From the human T2T-CHM13v2.0 reference genome, Homo sapiens, in assembly GCF_009914755.1 (NCBI RefSeq), contig NC_060931.1: a DNA stretch of 64,000 nt; one strand, written 5' to 3'. This document shows, piece after piece, positions 26,125-44,444 of the stretch. The position numbers were made by a program, and so were the translations under genes. The notes under the pieces were generated by a model. It searched no databases, was not told the DNA's origin, and saw only the letters and a program-made list of their open reading frames with translations. Numbering within the stretch: the first letter of the stretch is position 1; each line of letters begins with the position of its first letter.

Positions 26125-28008
26125 TTATTCGTAGATGACCTTGAGCAGAAGTGTAAGTGTATCTTCCCAAAACACAGGGTGCTCCGCGCTTGGCGAGGAG
26201 GAACTCTCCTTGACTGTCCTGGCAGCTTCGAGCTGTCCAAGGCGACAAGGAGCACTTGCAATTTGGCCTCCTACTTCCCACACATTGAAGGGCTGCCAAA
26301 CACACGCTTAATTGTCTAACCTTTTTAAATGATTAAAATGATGGTGATGATAATGCGGAGAAGAGTAGAATGTTAACCGCAGCATGTTATCAGTACTTGG
26401 TGTTTTCATACTGTTTATCATCGCAGTTCTTTCAACCTGTGAACTTAGCAAAATGCCCTTTGAGTACAGATGCTGAGTGTCAGTAACGCTGGTCTGAAAT
26501 GACCGGGCTCATTCAGCGTTTGTATCACTAAAATGTAGCCCTCAAGAATGGAGCCCGGCCAGGCCTATGCCTTCCACCTCGTGGGGCATCCTGCCCACGT
26601 GGCAGATGAAGTTGATGACGTTAAGTGACTCACCAAAGTCATGCAGTTAGGAAGGGTCAGGGAAGGGCTGGAACCCAAGTCTCAACAACGCTTTACTACT
26701 AGGAAACGTCTTAAGCGTTAGGAAGTTGAAGGCATGCATGAATATCTGAATATTGCTCAGTCTGCAATTGACAGTGTAAACAAGGTTTCACGGAAGAACA
26801 GCTCGGCGATCTGCCCGGGTAGCTGTGAAGTCACAGCCATGTTGGCCGATGGATAGTGGACACTGTTCCGTTTTTAGCAAAAAACCCCACAATCCTCAAC
26901 CTTCAAGAGCTTTATGAGAAAAAGAAGAAAATGGAAATGCCTAGACTCACGAGGGGTGCTGCCTGCCTTCCTCCCGAGGAAGGAGGAAGCCTCTGGGTCC
27001 CCGTGCCTCCGGGCAGTCGGGCTCTGGCCCTTCTCGTCTTGTCCCAGACACGCTGTCTTTCTTCTGTTCCAAGCGGGGCCTTCACCTGCTTTCACTCTCA
27101 CCCCTGCCCCTCCAGGCCCTTGTTCTGCCAAACTCCTCCTGTGACTCAGCCCCTCCCTCCCTCCACACTTGCATTATCGGTTCATTGCTGAGAACTGGGA
27201 GCCTGGGACACAGACCTCTGGGGAATAATTTCATGCCTGGAGAAGGAGCCCCTGGCAGGGCTTTGGCCACCGCCCCAGGCCTCAGAGCTGAGCGCCGGCC
27301 CCAGGGAGGCCTGTGTCTCACAGCCAGCCCCGCAGGAGCATCCCCAGCAGTGCACCTGGCTGTTCACAGCCGCAGCTTGAGGCGAGGATGGACGTTGAGG
27401 CCACACAACATGTTGGCCTTATTGGGTGACTGCAGCTCACAGGGGAGGGGCCCAGGTGCAGAGGCTGCCTGTGTCTGCAGTGCCCTGGGACTTATGCGGC
27501 AAGGCCTGAGCAAGGGTGTGGGCCGTGGACCTCAGAGCAGGCAAGGGCCGGGCTCGGGGGAGTCTGAGGGGCATCTCAGCTGCACACCGAGGCCCCTCGG
27601 GACAGCTGCTGACGCGTGGCCCGACCTCTCCTGGGGAAGTTCAACTCAAGGTGCAGAACAAGTCAGGTCAGGGCAGAGAGCCTGGTGGGGGGTGTGGGCA
27701 GGGGGAGGCTCCCGGTGACCCCACGGGAAACCCCGCAGAGGCTCTGGGGCAGGAGTCACTGTGAGGTGAGGAGAGAACCATCCGGAGTCGCCATCCACGG
27801 ACAGATGCGGTTCTACAGGGTGAGGCAGGACAAGGCATGTCCCAGCACTGACTTGAAACTGTCCTGAAGCCACTGGAGCTGGTGTCCTAGGCAGAGAGGT
27901 CACACAGGCAGAGCTCTGAGTGCCAGAGACATGGGACTCATCAGGTAAAGGAAAGGAGGGTTTCAAAAACTTGGGATCGGCCGGAAAAGCACCTGAAGCA
28001 AGGCCTGA

Positions 28009-30244
<2,236 letters not shown>

Positions 30245-30641
30245 AATTATCAGAGAAACTTAATGTGACCACTTAATCTCATTGATAACTTCTGATGAGC
30301 TCTATTGGACAGGGTAGCTGGACACAGTTTGGTATAGTAAATGGAGGAAGGAGTGACTGTTCAGCCTCAGGTGTACCGTGGCCATGGTGTTCACTTAATG
30401 AATGTTTTCCTTGCACCCACTTCAGAGCCTCTGGGGTCCAAATCTACATTGCTCACTGGTGGTCCCAGGATGATACCTGAAGGAGAGGTGGTGTGTCCTT
30501 TGGGGTAGCAATGAACAGAACCTATTGAAATTTAGGCATGTATACCCTTCAACTCAGCCGTACCGTGGTTTCATTTCCTTTGGGTATATAGCCTGGAGTG
30601 AGATTGCTGGATCATAGGGTAGTTCTACTTTTAATTTTCTG

Positions 30642-30970
<329 letters not shown>

Positions 30971-31537
30971 ATTTTCTGAGGAACCGCCATGCCGTTTTCC
31001 GTACTGGCTGTACCAATTCACTTTCCCACAGTGTACAAGGTTTGCTTTTCTCCTCATCCTCACCAACCCCTGTTACCTCCTGTCTTTTGGATAGCAGCCG
31101 TGCTAACAGGTGTGAGGAGCTGGCTCAGCATGGCTTGACGTGCACGCGCCTGATGCTGGGTGATGGTGAGTGCCCTTCCCTGCAGCGATGGAGCTATGCC
31201 CTTTCGAGTGTCCATCCTGCAGAAAGAGCTCCCACCTGTGTGCAAGAATGTTCTTGCAGCATAAATTGAAATAGGAAGAAAAAAAAAGAGACATCCGCCT
31301 GGGTGTGAAACAATAGGGAAATGGTAAAATAATAAATTCTGGAGCGTTCAGACAATAAGATTCTAAGCATCCAGTTAATGCAGCAAAATGAGTTAGTTAA
31401 TGTTAAAATGAATGTGCTACATCTCTAAATGCCGTTATGGAAGACTTGTGATATATTTTGGTTCCCAACGAAAGAAAGTTTTGGGGGAGATGAGGAAAAT
31501 GATCTTGTTTAAAAACAAAAAAATTGTAGATGGATAG

Positions 31538-32310
31538 TATGGCACACAGAATCATGGCTCCCTAAATATGTCCATGTCCTAATCCTGTGAACGTGTGAAT
31601 GTCATCCTTTTTTTTTTTTTTTTTTTTTGTGACAGAGTCTTGCTGTGTCGTCCAGGCTGGAATGCAGTGGTGCAATCTCAGCTCACTGCAACCTCTGCCT
31701 CCTGGGTTGAAGCAATTCTCCTGCCTCAGCCCACCTGAGTAGCTGGGATTACAGGAACACGCCACCATGCCAGACTCATTTTTTTTGTATTTTTAGTAGA
31801 GATGGGGTTTCACCACATTGGTCAGGCTGGTCTCGAACTCCTGACCTCATGATCCACCTGCCTCAGCCTCCCAAAGTGCTGAGATTACAGGCGTGAGTCA
31901 CCGCGCCCGGCCGGATGTTATCTTACACAGCAAAAGGGACCTTGCGGATGTCATGAAGTCAAGGATTTTGCCAGGTGAGATGATCCTGGGTTACGTGGTG
32001 GACCCCATGTCATCCCAGGGTGCCTACGATGGGGAGGCAGGAGAGTCAGTCAGGGAAGGGAATTGAGGACAGAGCGGTGGTTGGCATGAAGTGATTGCTG
32101 GAATGGGTCATGAGCCAGGGAATGCTGGACAGGGCAAGAACAGAGCCTCCTCCCGCGTCTGCAGAAGGACCCCGCCCTGTGATGCCTTGGTTTCAGCCCA
32201 GGGAGACCCGTGAGGACTTCTGACCTCCAGAGCTGTAGGGCAATGCATTTGTGTTGTTTTAAGCCTCTAAGCTTTTGGTAATTTGTTACAGGAGTGATAA
32301 GAAACTAAGA
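31538..32310 (+). mobile_element. MLT1 (MaLR) LTR interrupted by an antisense Alu (31607-31913)
   Basis: ATGTCCATGTCCTAATC start region and GTAATTTGTTACAG...GAAACTAA end. Confidence 0.7.
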
Positions 32311-32840
32311 GAGAGAGAGAGCTGATAGATCAATAATCTCAAAGATATGATGAGGAGGCAGAGCAGATAGGATTTTTTTCATTTATTTGTGTACATTGGA
32401 ATTGATTTTTAAAATAATTAGCATGTATTACTATTCTAAATAATGAATTTTTAAAATAAAAATATAGCCCATTTTTATCATATGTTTGAATTGTGAGGTA
32501 ACTAAGACAAGATGGTGTGTAAGACAGAAGAAACTGGATAAATGACTTTCTTGGTGAAAGCAGCTCTTCCTTTTCTCTCCTGCAGTTTGCAAAAGAACTT
32601 CTGAGACAATGTGTGGTTTTCAGGTAGAATCTTCAGATACACTGGGAAGCTCTTACAAGCATCCATAAACAATAAGTTAAAAATATATTGCTATTTTCTA
32701 TTAGATTCCTTTGGAGCAAAGGGATAGAAGGAAGGAAGGAGAGATAGGAGGAGTATATATGTTTCCTAATAGAGTGCAATGAGACATTCGGGGCTTTTTC
32801 AAACACCGGAAAATTTGAGCCATAGGGGAGATGTATGTTT

Positions 32841-32846
32841 TCTCTG

Positions 32847-32932
<86 letters not shown>

Positions 32933-32938
32933 TCTCTG

Positions 32939-32971
<33 letters not shown>

Positions 32972-32980
32972 GTATATATA
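32841..32980. repeat. Compound (TC)n-(TA)n microsatellite
   Basis: Read directly; the TC tract is interrupted by TG. Confidence 0.95.
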
Positions 32981-33465
32981 TGTATTAGGGTCTCCAGAGA
33001 AACAGAACCAATATGATGTATGTATCTATAGCTATACCTATATCTGCATTTGAGAGAGATTTATAATGAGGAATTGGCTTAGGCGGTTGTGGCGGCCGGG
33101 AACTCCTACCATCTGCCATCTGCAATCCTGAGGCTCAGGAGAGCTGGTGGCATGGGACGGGGTGAAGAACCAGTGAAGTCCCAGAGTCTGAAGCAATAGC
33201 CCGGAGCTCTGATGCCCGCAGACAGAAGATGAACGTCCCAGCTCAAGAACAAAGAGGGAGAAGGTTCCCTCAGGTTCCCTCCCTCCACATTTTTTTTTCC
33301 TCCATATAATCTTGCCCCTCCTAAACACCTTTTTGTTCTATTCAGGCTCTGAATGAGTTGGAGGTTGCCTGTTCACGTTGGTGAAGGCAGCACACAGAAT
33401 CATGTTTTACCAGCTATCTGGGATCCCTTGGGGCCCTCAAGTTGACACAAAAATTAACCATCACA
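32981..33465 (-). mobile_element. MLT2 (ERVL) solo LTR
   Basis: TGTATTAGGG.TCTCCAGAGAAACAGAACCAATA ... AAAATTAACCATCACA ends. Confidence 0.8.
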
Positions 33466-34300
<835 letters not shown>

Positions 34301-34309
34301 AAGCTATTT

Positions 34310-35891
<1,582 letters not shown>

Positions 35892-36578
35892 TAGTGAAAA
35901 TTACTCTTGAAAATTATTAATCTTTGTAGAGTGATAATGAGATCATAATCTTGTACAAAAATTCCACTTTTTAAGGGTTACTGACAAAATGACGTCTGGA
36001 ATTTGCTTCAAAGGGATGGAGGGGAGTCTAATCACATAAGATTGGCCCTGGGGTGGGCACTCACTGACGCTGGGCGATAGCTGAAGGAGACTGATTGATT
36101 ATATGAGTCTCCCTGGCTTGTTGAGTTTGAAATTTTCTATAAAAAGGTACTTTTAAAATCCTTGAAAATCCTTCATTAGGAATCATGTTAAAGATGCTGA
36201 AATGATCCTGATAAGACAGATTTTCCTGTGGCATCACTGGTTCTCCAGTGGACACCAGGGGAAGAAGTGGCTCATGGAGCAGGGCCACCCAGCAGACGCA
36301 CCGACCTCAGCACAGAGGAGCACCCACCCTGGGCTGACTGTGGAAACAGACCAGATGCCAGGCAGCGGTGTTGAGATGGGCAGAGGTGCAGTCAGGAGCA
36401 CTTCTTCCCTACCCATGTGGGCCGGTCAGAACATTTGAAAGAGGCCCAGCAGATGTGGGACAGCACCCCCCAGTTACCAGCAACACTGAGGTTGGTGTGA
36501 GATTCACATGGGCATTCTTGCTCCTCCTCCTAGTCCAGACATTGGAAGGGTTCATTCGAAGCAGAATCTCAGACTTCA

Positions 36579-36889
36579 GGCTGGGCGCGGTGGCTCACGC
36601 CTGTAATCCCAGCACTTTGGGAGGCCAAGGCGGGCGGATCATCTGAGGTCAGGAGTCCAAGATCAGCCTGATCAACGTGGTGAAACCCCATCTCTACTAA
36701 AAACACAAAAATTAGCCGGGCATGGTAGCGCACCTATAATCCCAGCTACTCGGGATGCTGAGACAGGAGAATCGCTTGAACCCAGGAGGTGGAGAGGTGG
36801 AAGCTGCAGTGAGCCAAGATCACGCCATTGCACTCCAACCCGGGCAACAAGAGCAAGACTCTGTCTCAAAAAAAAAAAAAAAAAAAAAA
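36579..36889 (+). mobile_element. AluS
   Basis: Full-length sense Alu. Confidence 0.9.
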
Positions 36890-37172
36890 GAATCTGAGAC
36901 TTCAGAGCAGACTTACAGAGGTCACAAATATTGATATTACCAATTTTAAATCTTTGCTAACCTGACAGGTAAAAACAAAAGGTTATATCTTTTTTAATTG
37001 ACAAAATTTGTAAGCTTTCAAAATGGTAAAATTGGGACATTTTATGATTAAAAATACATTCTATACTGTTGCAGTTCAAATATATGTATGAACTATGATA
37101 GTTCATACATATATACGAACTGTGACCTTGTTCACATATATATACACACACACATTTGTGTCTGGGTGTGGG

Positions 37173-37511
37173 TGCCTTAGTCTATTTGGGTTGCTATAAC
37201 AAAATGCCTTGGCCTGGGTAATTTTTGGACAACAGAAATATATCTCTCACAGCTCTGGAATCTGGGAAGTCCAAGATCAAGGCACCCCACATTCTGCGTC
37301 TGAGGACTCTGCTTCATAGATGGTGCCTTCTTGCTGTGTCTCCCCATGGCAGGAGGGACAAACAGGCTGCCTTGGGCACTGATTTCCTTCATGGGGGTGG
37401 AGCCTCATGCTATAAGACTTCCTAATGGCCCCTCCTCTTAATACGATCACATTGGGGACTAAGTTTCAAACTATGATTTTGGGGAGACACCAACATTCAG
37501 ACAACAGTAGA
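37173..37511 (-). mobile_element. MLT1A/MST-type MaLR LTR
   Basis: TTAGTCTATTTGGGTTGCTATAACAAAATGCC...GGAAGTCCAAGATCAAGGC motifs. Confidence 0.75.
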
Positions 37512-37552
37512 GTGTTTGTATATCTTTCTAACCATCTATCTGTCTATATTTA

Positions 37553-37983
<431 letters not shown>

Positions 37984-38059
37984 GACAGAATTTTTTTTAA
38001 AAAAAACAGTGCATTCCACATAGTAATGACAAATATTAGTTTTAAAATTTGGCTTTTCC

Positions 38060-39810
<1,751 letters not shown>

Positions 39811-39916
39811 AATTTTTAGAAATTGGTTTCAATCGTGTATGATATATATGTATATGCACATGTATATGAGATATTATGTATACGTATGTGTGGATATAAG
39901 ACACATGTTTATGTAT

Positions 39917-40065
39917 AGGTGGTCCCCAACTTAAAATGGCTCAACTTACAATTTTTTGACTTTGTGATGGGTTTATTGTAGCATTAAATACATTTTCAAC
40001 TTACAATATTTTCATCTTACGATGGGTTTATCAGGACAAAGCCCCATGGTAAGTCCAGGAGCAAA
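39917..40065. mobile_element. MER47/Tigger5-like DNA transposon fragment
   Basis: CTTACGATGGGTTTATC and AACTTACAAT motifs with inverted ends (family name recalled). Confidence 0.55.
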
Positions 40066-40588
40066 TATTTTTGCATACACAGGTATGTGTACATGATACA
40101 TATTTATATGTATTGATGCTGTATCTATAGATGCATATGTGTGCTATGTATGAGGCAAATCTGCGCATGTCTGTGTACATGGTAAATATTTACGTCCGTC
40201 TGTGCGTGTCATAGACATAGAACAGGTGGGATGTAAACAGACGGGCTGGGCCTAGCTGCTCCTTTCCCGCCTCACTCGAGTCTGGCACCAGATTGGCCGC
40301 TCCCAGCCCGCTCCGGGTGCCGGCCCCTGCACCCCACCCTGCACCCCGCACCCTGCCCTGCACCCCATCCCGGCCCGTGCCTCGCACTCCACCTTTCCCG
40401 CACCCTGCCCCGCACCCAACACCTCCCGCGCCCCTCGCCGCGCTCCCCCAGCACGCACCAGGCCCCGCCCACTCCGCCGCGTGCCCAGCCCGCGTCACCG
40501 CCGTCCTCCCCAGGCTCCAGCGCGCCTTGCGGGGCCGCGCACGCTAGCGGAACCGCCGGGAAGAGCGCCGTGCCGTCAATGGCGGAGG

Positions 40589-40740
40589 CGCGCACGTCTG
40601 CAGGGCCGCGCACGTCTGCAGGGCCGCGCACGTCTGCAGGGCCGCGCACGTCTGCAGGGCCGCGCACGTCTGCAGGGCCGCGCACGTCTGCAGGGCCGCG
40701 CACGTCTGCAGGGCCGCGCACGTCTGCAGGGCCGCGCACG
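40589..40740. repeat. 18-bp minisatellite (CGCGCACGTCTGCAGGGC) x8 plus 8-bp partial copy
   Basis: Identical units start at 40589, 40607, 40625, 40643, 40661, 40679, 40697 and 40715; partial unit at 40733. Confidence 0.97.
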
Positions 40741-41082
40741 CACTGACGGCTGACCGCCATCTTCCCTCCCGAGGCGGCAGTTCCAGGTGCAAGCGCCGGG
40801 TTTGCTGCCCGCTGGGCGCCCCTGCAGCGGCCCGAGCTGTGGCCGGCGTGGATGAGGGGCAGGCGAGGCAGGGCCGCCCCTCCAGTATTGCCGCCCCTCC
40901 CGCCCCAGGGCAGGGCTGGGAGGGTACAGCCCGGGGGCGGGCTCGGGTCGCCTCCCGGCCGCCGCGTCCTCGCTGCCCCGGGCCGGGCGGGCGGGCGCCG
41001 AGAGCCTCCCAGCCCGCCCCGTGCCCCGCCCGCCCGGCTGCTTCCGCGGCGGCGCTGCCCGCACATGGGCTAGGCTGCCAGG

Positions 41083-41148
41083 ATGTTCAGCTTCGAAGGC
41101 GACTTCAAGACGCGGCCCAAGGTGTCCCTTGGCGGCGCGAGCAGGAAG
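41083..41148 (+). CDS. UBE3C: UBE3C (HECT E3 ubiquitin ligase) first coding exon, codons 1-22, phase-0 donor
   Basis: ATG at 41083 (ccaggATG, A at -3) translates MFSFEGDFKTRPKVSLGGASRK, which I recognise as the UBE3C N-terminus. The donor AAG|gtgagg follows directly at 41148/41149, inside a CpG island. The remainder of the track ORF 41083-41394 is intronic read-through. Confidence 0.95.
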
Positions 41149-41194
41149 GTGAGGGCCGGGCTGGCGGGGCGCCCTCGGCTCGGGGCCTGCGCGG

Positions 41195-41430
41195 CCGGGG
41201 CTCGGGGCTGGGACTCGGGGTTGGACTCGGGGCTGGACTCGGGGCTGGACTCGGGGCCGAGACTTGGGGCTGGATTCGGGGCCTCCCTGGCGGGGACTCG
41301 GGGCTTCCTCGCCGGATCTCGGGGCCGCTCCGGCCGGGACTCGGGGTTGGACTCGGAGCCGAGACTTGGGGCCAGGACTCTGGCTGGGGCTTAGGACTGG
41401 ACTCGGGGCCTCCCTGGCTGGAACTCGAGG
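41195..41430 (+). repeat. Degenerate ~12-bp G-rich minisatellite (GGACTCGGGGYT) at the start of intron 1
   Basis: Near-perfect units at 41211-41258. Degenerate copies and a higher-order duplicated block continue to about 41430. Confidence 0.85.
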
Positions 41431-43182
41431 CCGCGCCCGTGGGGGCCTTGCCTGTCCACTGCGCTTCGGGACCCGGGCGCGCTGGCCGTGGCTCCCTTCC
41501 ATGCAGGAGGCCGGTGAACCCTGGCACGCTTTGTGCCACCCAAGGTGAACTTACCCTTTCTGGGTGTTTCCTTTCAGAAATGCGCTTTCCATGCTCGCTC
41601 CCGCATGGCATCAGGGAGTGGCTGCTTTTCGAATGCCACCTGAAGGGCGTTTTCGGTTGTAGAAGGTGAACGGCACGCATTTGCTGATGTCGATAATCTC
41701 TAAAGTAGAGGCAGAACGTCTCATGAATAGCCACGTGTTTGAATCCAAGACGAGGGCAATTATTTGCCACCAGCCTCCTGGAAACTGTGGAGAGACTCCG
41801 GACTTACATCTGTTGTGATCGACATTAAGTTGTTCGCATGGTAATTGTTTAGGATAAGGGTAGGCAAACCATGACGCCTCTGTTCTAGTCTAGAATTTCT
41901 AGCTGTCTGTCCCTGAAGACGGGCATCAGTTGGTTCACTGGAACCGCTAAGTCGTTGAACACTGTGTGGTCTTGTTCCCGCCCCTCCCTTCCCACCCCTT
42001 CCCATCATTTCTGAAATGTTCTTTAAAATGCTTCACCTAGTTTTTCTTGTCTATCAGTATATTCTGTATATCACAACCACCAGGTAGGCACATAACGCAG
42101 AGTGGGTGCTGGCAGGCCAAGGAGGAACTGCTGTTATTAAGATTGTGCTGTGGGGCTGTGTTTGGTGGTTTCTGAGGTTAGAAGGGAACCTGGGTAAAGA
42201 GTTGGGAGAGAAGTGTGCTGATAATTTTTCAGCTTTGAGGTTCGTGTGATGGTGATTGCTTGGAAGTCACTTGTGCTCCAGAACTAAGTACTGTGCAGTT
42301 AAGGGTGGTCGTGGTAGCACTTAGGGTCTTCCACGTTAATGAAAATGTTTTATGAGATCAAAGGATTTCTACAGTTAGGAGAGACTTCAGAGAATCTCAG
42401 GGCCAAATCGCCTTGCTTACAAGTTCGGAAGGTGAGCTGCAGAACATTTGAAGGAGTGCCCATTCACACAGCAAGCTAGTGGCAGACCATCTGAGACTCC
42501 ATGCCATTTACACAGCGCCGCGCGGCCTCTGTTGCAGGCAGGAACACCCCACGGGCCACGGATGTTGGTCCCTTTTCACCAAGGAGTGCATCTCTGCTCT
42601 GAGGGAGTGAGATTTCTTAACTGTTGATCAGAATCTCAAGGGAAGATAGCACGAGCTGTGTAAAAGAATCACCCCTTTAAAAACAAAACTCTTTTTATTG
42701 AGGTATAACTTAAGATACAGTCAGGTTCACAAACACTAAAGAGATCCTTGTGCAAGTGAAATTGAGGAGGAAGGGCGAGAGGGAAGCTGGGTAGGGAAGG
42801 AAAAGGCGTCTCAGCTGGAGGCTAGCGTTAACCCCATCTCACCAGGAGCATGCTACAATTGGCCCTAATTGCGGCAGAGGGGTTGGTGGCTGCAGGCTGC
42901 TGCCCCTCCGGGATGAGGGTGGGAGTGTGGCACTGCTAACCCTGAGCCGAGGGCCATTCTTCTGGGAGAGAGTGGCAGTAAAGAGCCCTTAGTAGGAACT
43001 GGCAGCAGCTGGGGCATGGGTGCCCTGGCCTGGTTAAGGAATCTGGGTGGGGAGCCAGCTGTATGTACAGCTTGAAGGATTTTTGCATATGGACACTCTC
43101 CTGTAGATGGAACACCACTCACATCAAAGGAAGACCATCCCCAGCATTCCAGAGGCTCCCCTGCACTCTCACCCATTCATTA

Positions 43183-43507
43183 CAGTCATATGTGACTTAA
43201 AGAGGGGGACGCTGTCACTAGTCCAGTTGGTTGTTGTGGGACCGTCCTAGAGTGCACTTAACAGAAACCTATAGCCAGTGTTGCCCACTGCACACCTAGC
43301 TGCTTGGTACAGCCCGTTGCCCCTATGCTACACACCTGGACAGCGTGTTTCTGTGCTGAATACTGTAGGCAGCTCTTCATGCAATGGTGAGTGTCTGTGC
43401 ATCCAAACGTAGATACAGTAAAAATACAAATTATAATCTTATGGGACCACGGTGTATATGTGGTCTGTTGTCGACAGACTGAGAGGTCATTATGCCATGT
43501 ATGTCTG
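43183..43507. mobile_element. Tigger3a (Golem/MER7) relic
   Basis: TA|CAGTCAT...ATGTCTG|TA ends; internal TATAATCTTATGGGACCAC. Confidence 0.75.
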
Positions 43508-44444
43508 TAGCCCCACAAAGGTGACTGTCCTTCTGACCTCCATTACTGTAGATGAGCGTTACCTGTTGAACTTCAGGGGCATGGAGCCACTCACCACTTG
43601 TCGTTTGTGCCCGGCTGCTTTGGCTTGGCTTCTGTCTGAGAGGTGGACTCCATCCGCCTCGGTGCACGGCATTGCCCTTTGTGTGAACGCACCGTGGCTG
43701 ATTCTGTTTTCTTACAGACCTTTGCTGTGTGTGCCTTTTGGTGCACATAATACTCTTGTGCTGGGTCCTAGATGATACGCATGTTCAGCTGTTGTGCACA
43801 CCGCTGCCACAGTTTCCCCGTGTCGCACGCCCACAGCATCTGAAGGTATCCAGGTTTCCACATCCTTGCCAACACTTGATATTGCAAGTCCTTTAATTTT
43901 AGTGAGGATGTAGTTTCTTTGTGGTTTTAATTTTGTTTCCTGACAACTAATTATGTTGAGCACCTACATATGCTTGTTTTCCTGAATTCTCTTTGACTGC
44001 CGCATAAGTCCCTTCCCTTGTTGGAAAAATGAAGTTATAGTGACCCTTTTCTCATGTCTTAAATTATTATTTGAAATCTTCCCTTTCTGGAGCTTAGTGG
44101 ATAATGGAGTGGTTACCACCTTTGAATAAGCTTTTTCTTTTTTCAAATTAAATACTTTTAGTATTTATTATTTGTATAGATCTGTGTACGACAAGTCTGA
44201 CTTGAAGAAGTTGATAATCTTGTTGGGCAGATAAGACTTAAGCAATTAAAAATTAAATAACAATAGAGTAATTGCTACATTCTAAATTTCCCTTGGTCCT
44301 GATTCAGAAAAAGTAGAATTGTTTGGAGCTTAGTCCTGAAGGATGGGTGTAATTAGGATGGGTGGAAGACGAGAAGGCATTCCAGGTTCGTGGAGCGGGG
44401 TGTGTGGAGTACATGTAGATTGGATTACATTGATTCAAAGTCAC

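Larger units (their letters stand above)
40240..41520. promoter_or_regulatory. UBE3C: CpG-island promoter, 5'UTR and exon 1 region of UBE3C
   Basis: Very high GC and CpG density. Inverted CCAAT (ATTGG 40292-96), Sp1 box CCCCGCCC 40463-70, ETS-like GCGGAA 40547-52, YY1 motif CCGCCATCTT 40754-63. No TATA box seen. Confidence 0.9.

Noticed and set aside
39835-40190. TA/TG/CA alternating low-complexity tract upstream of the promoter as possible Z-DNA
   Set aside because: The tract is degenerate, AT-rich and frequently interrupted, so support is weak.
40589-40740. CRISPR-like appearance of the repeat array
   Set aside because: Units are directly adjacent with no unique spacers, and the context is primate DNA; it is a minisatellite.
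41149-41394. Continuation of the UBE3C ORF to 103 aa
   Set aside because: Lies past a strong donor at 41148/49; the GLDS repeats are the intronic minisatellite.
40272-41770. Long overlapping ORFs of 221-308 aa on both strands across the CpG island
   Set aside because: Explained by stop-codon depletion in GC-rich and tandem-repeat sequence. The peptides are low-complexity and resemble no known protein.
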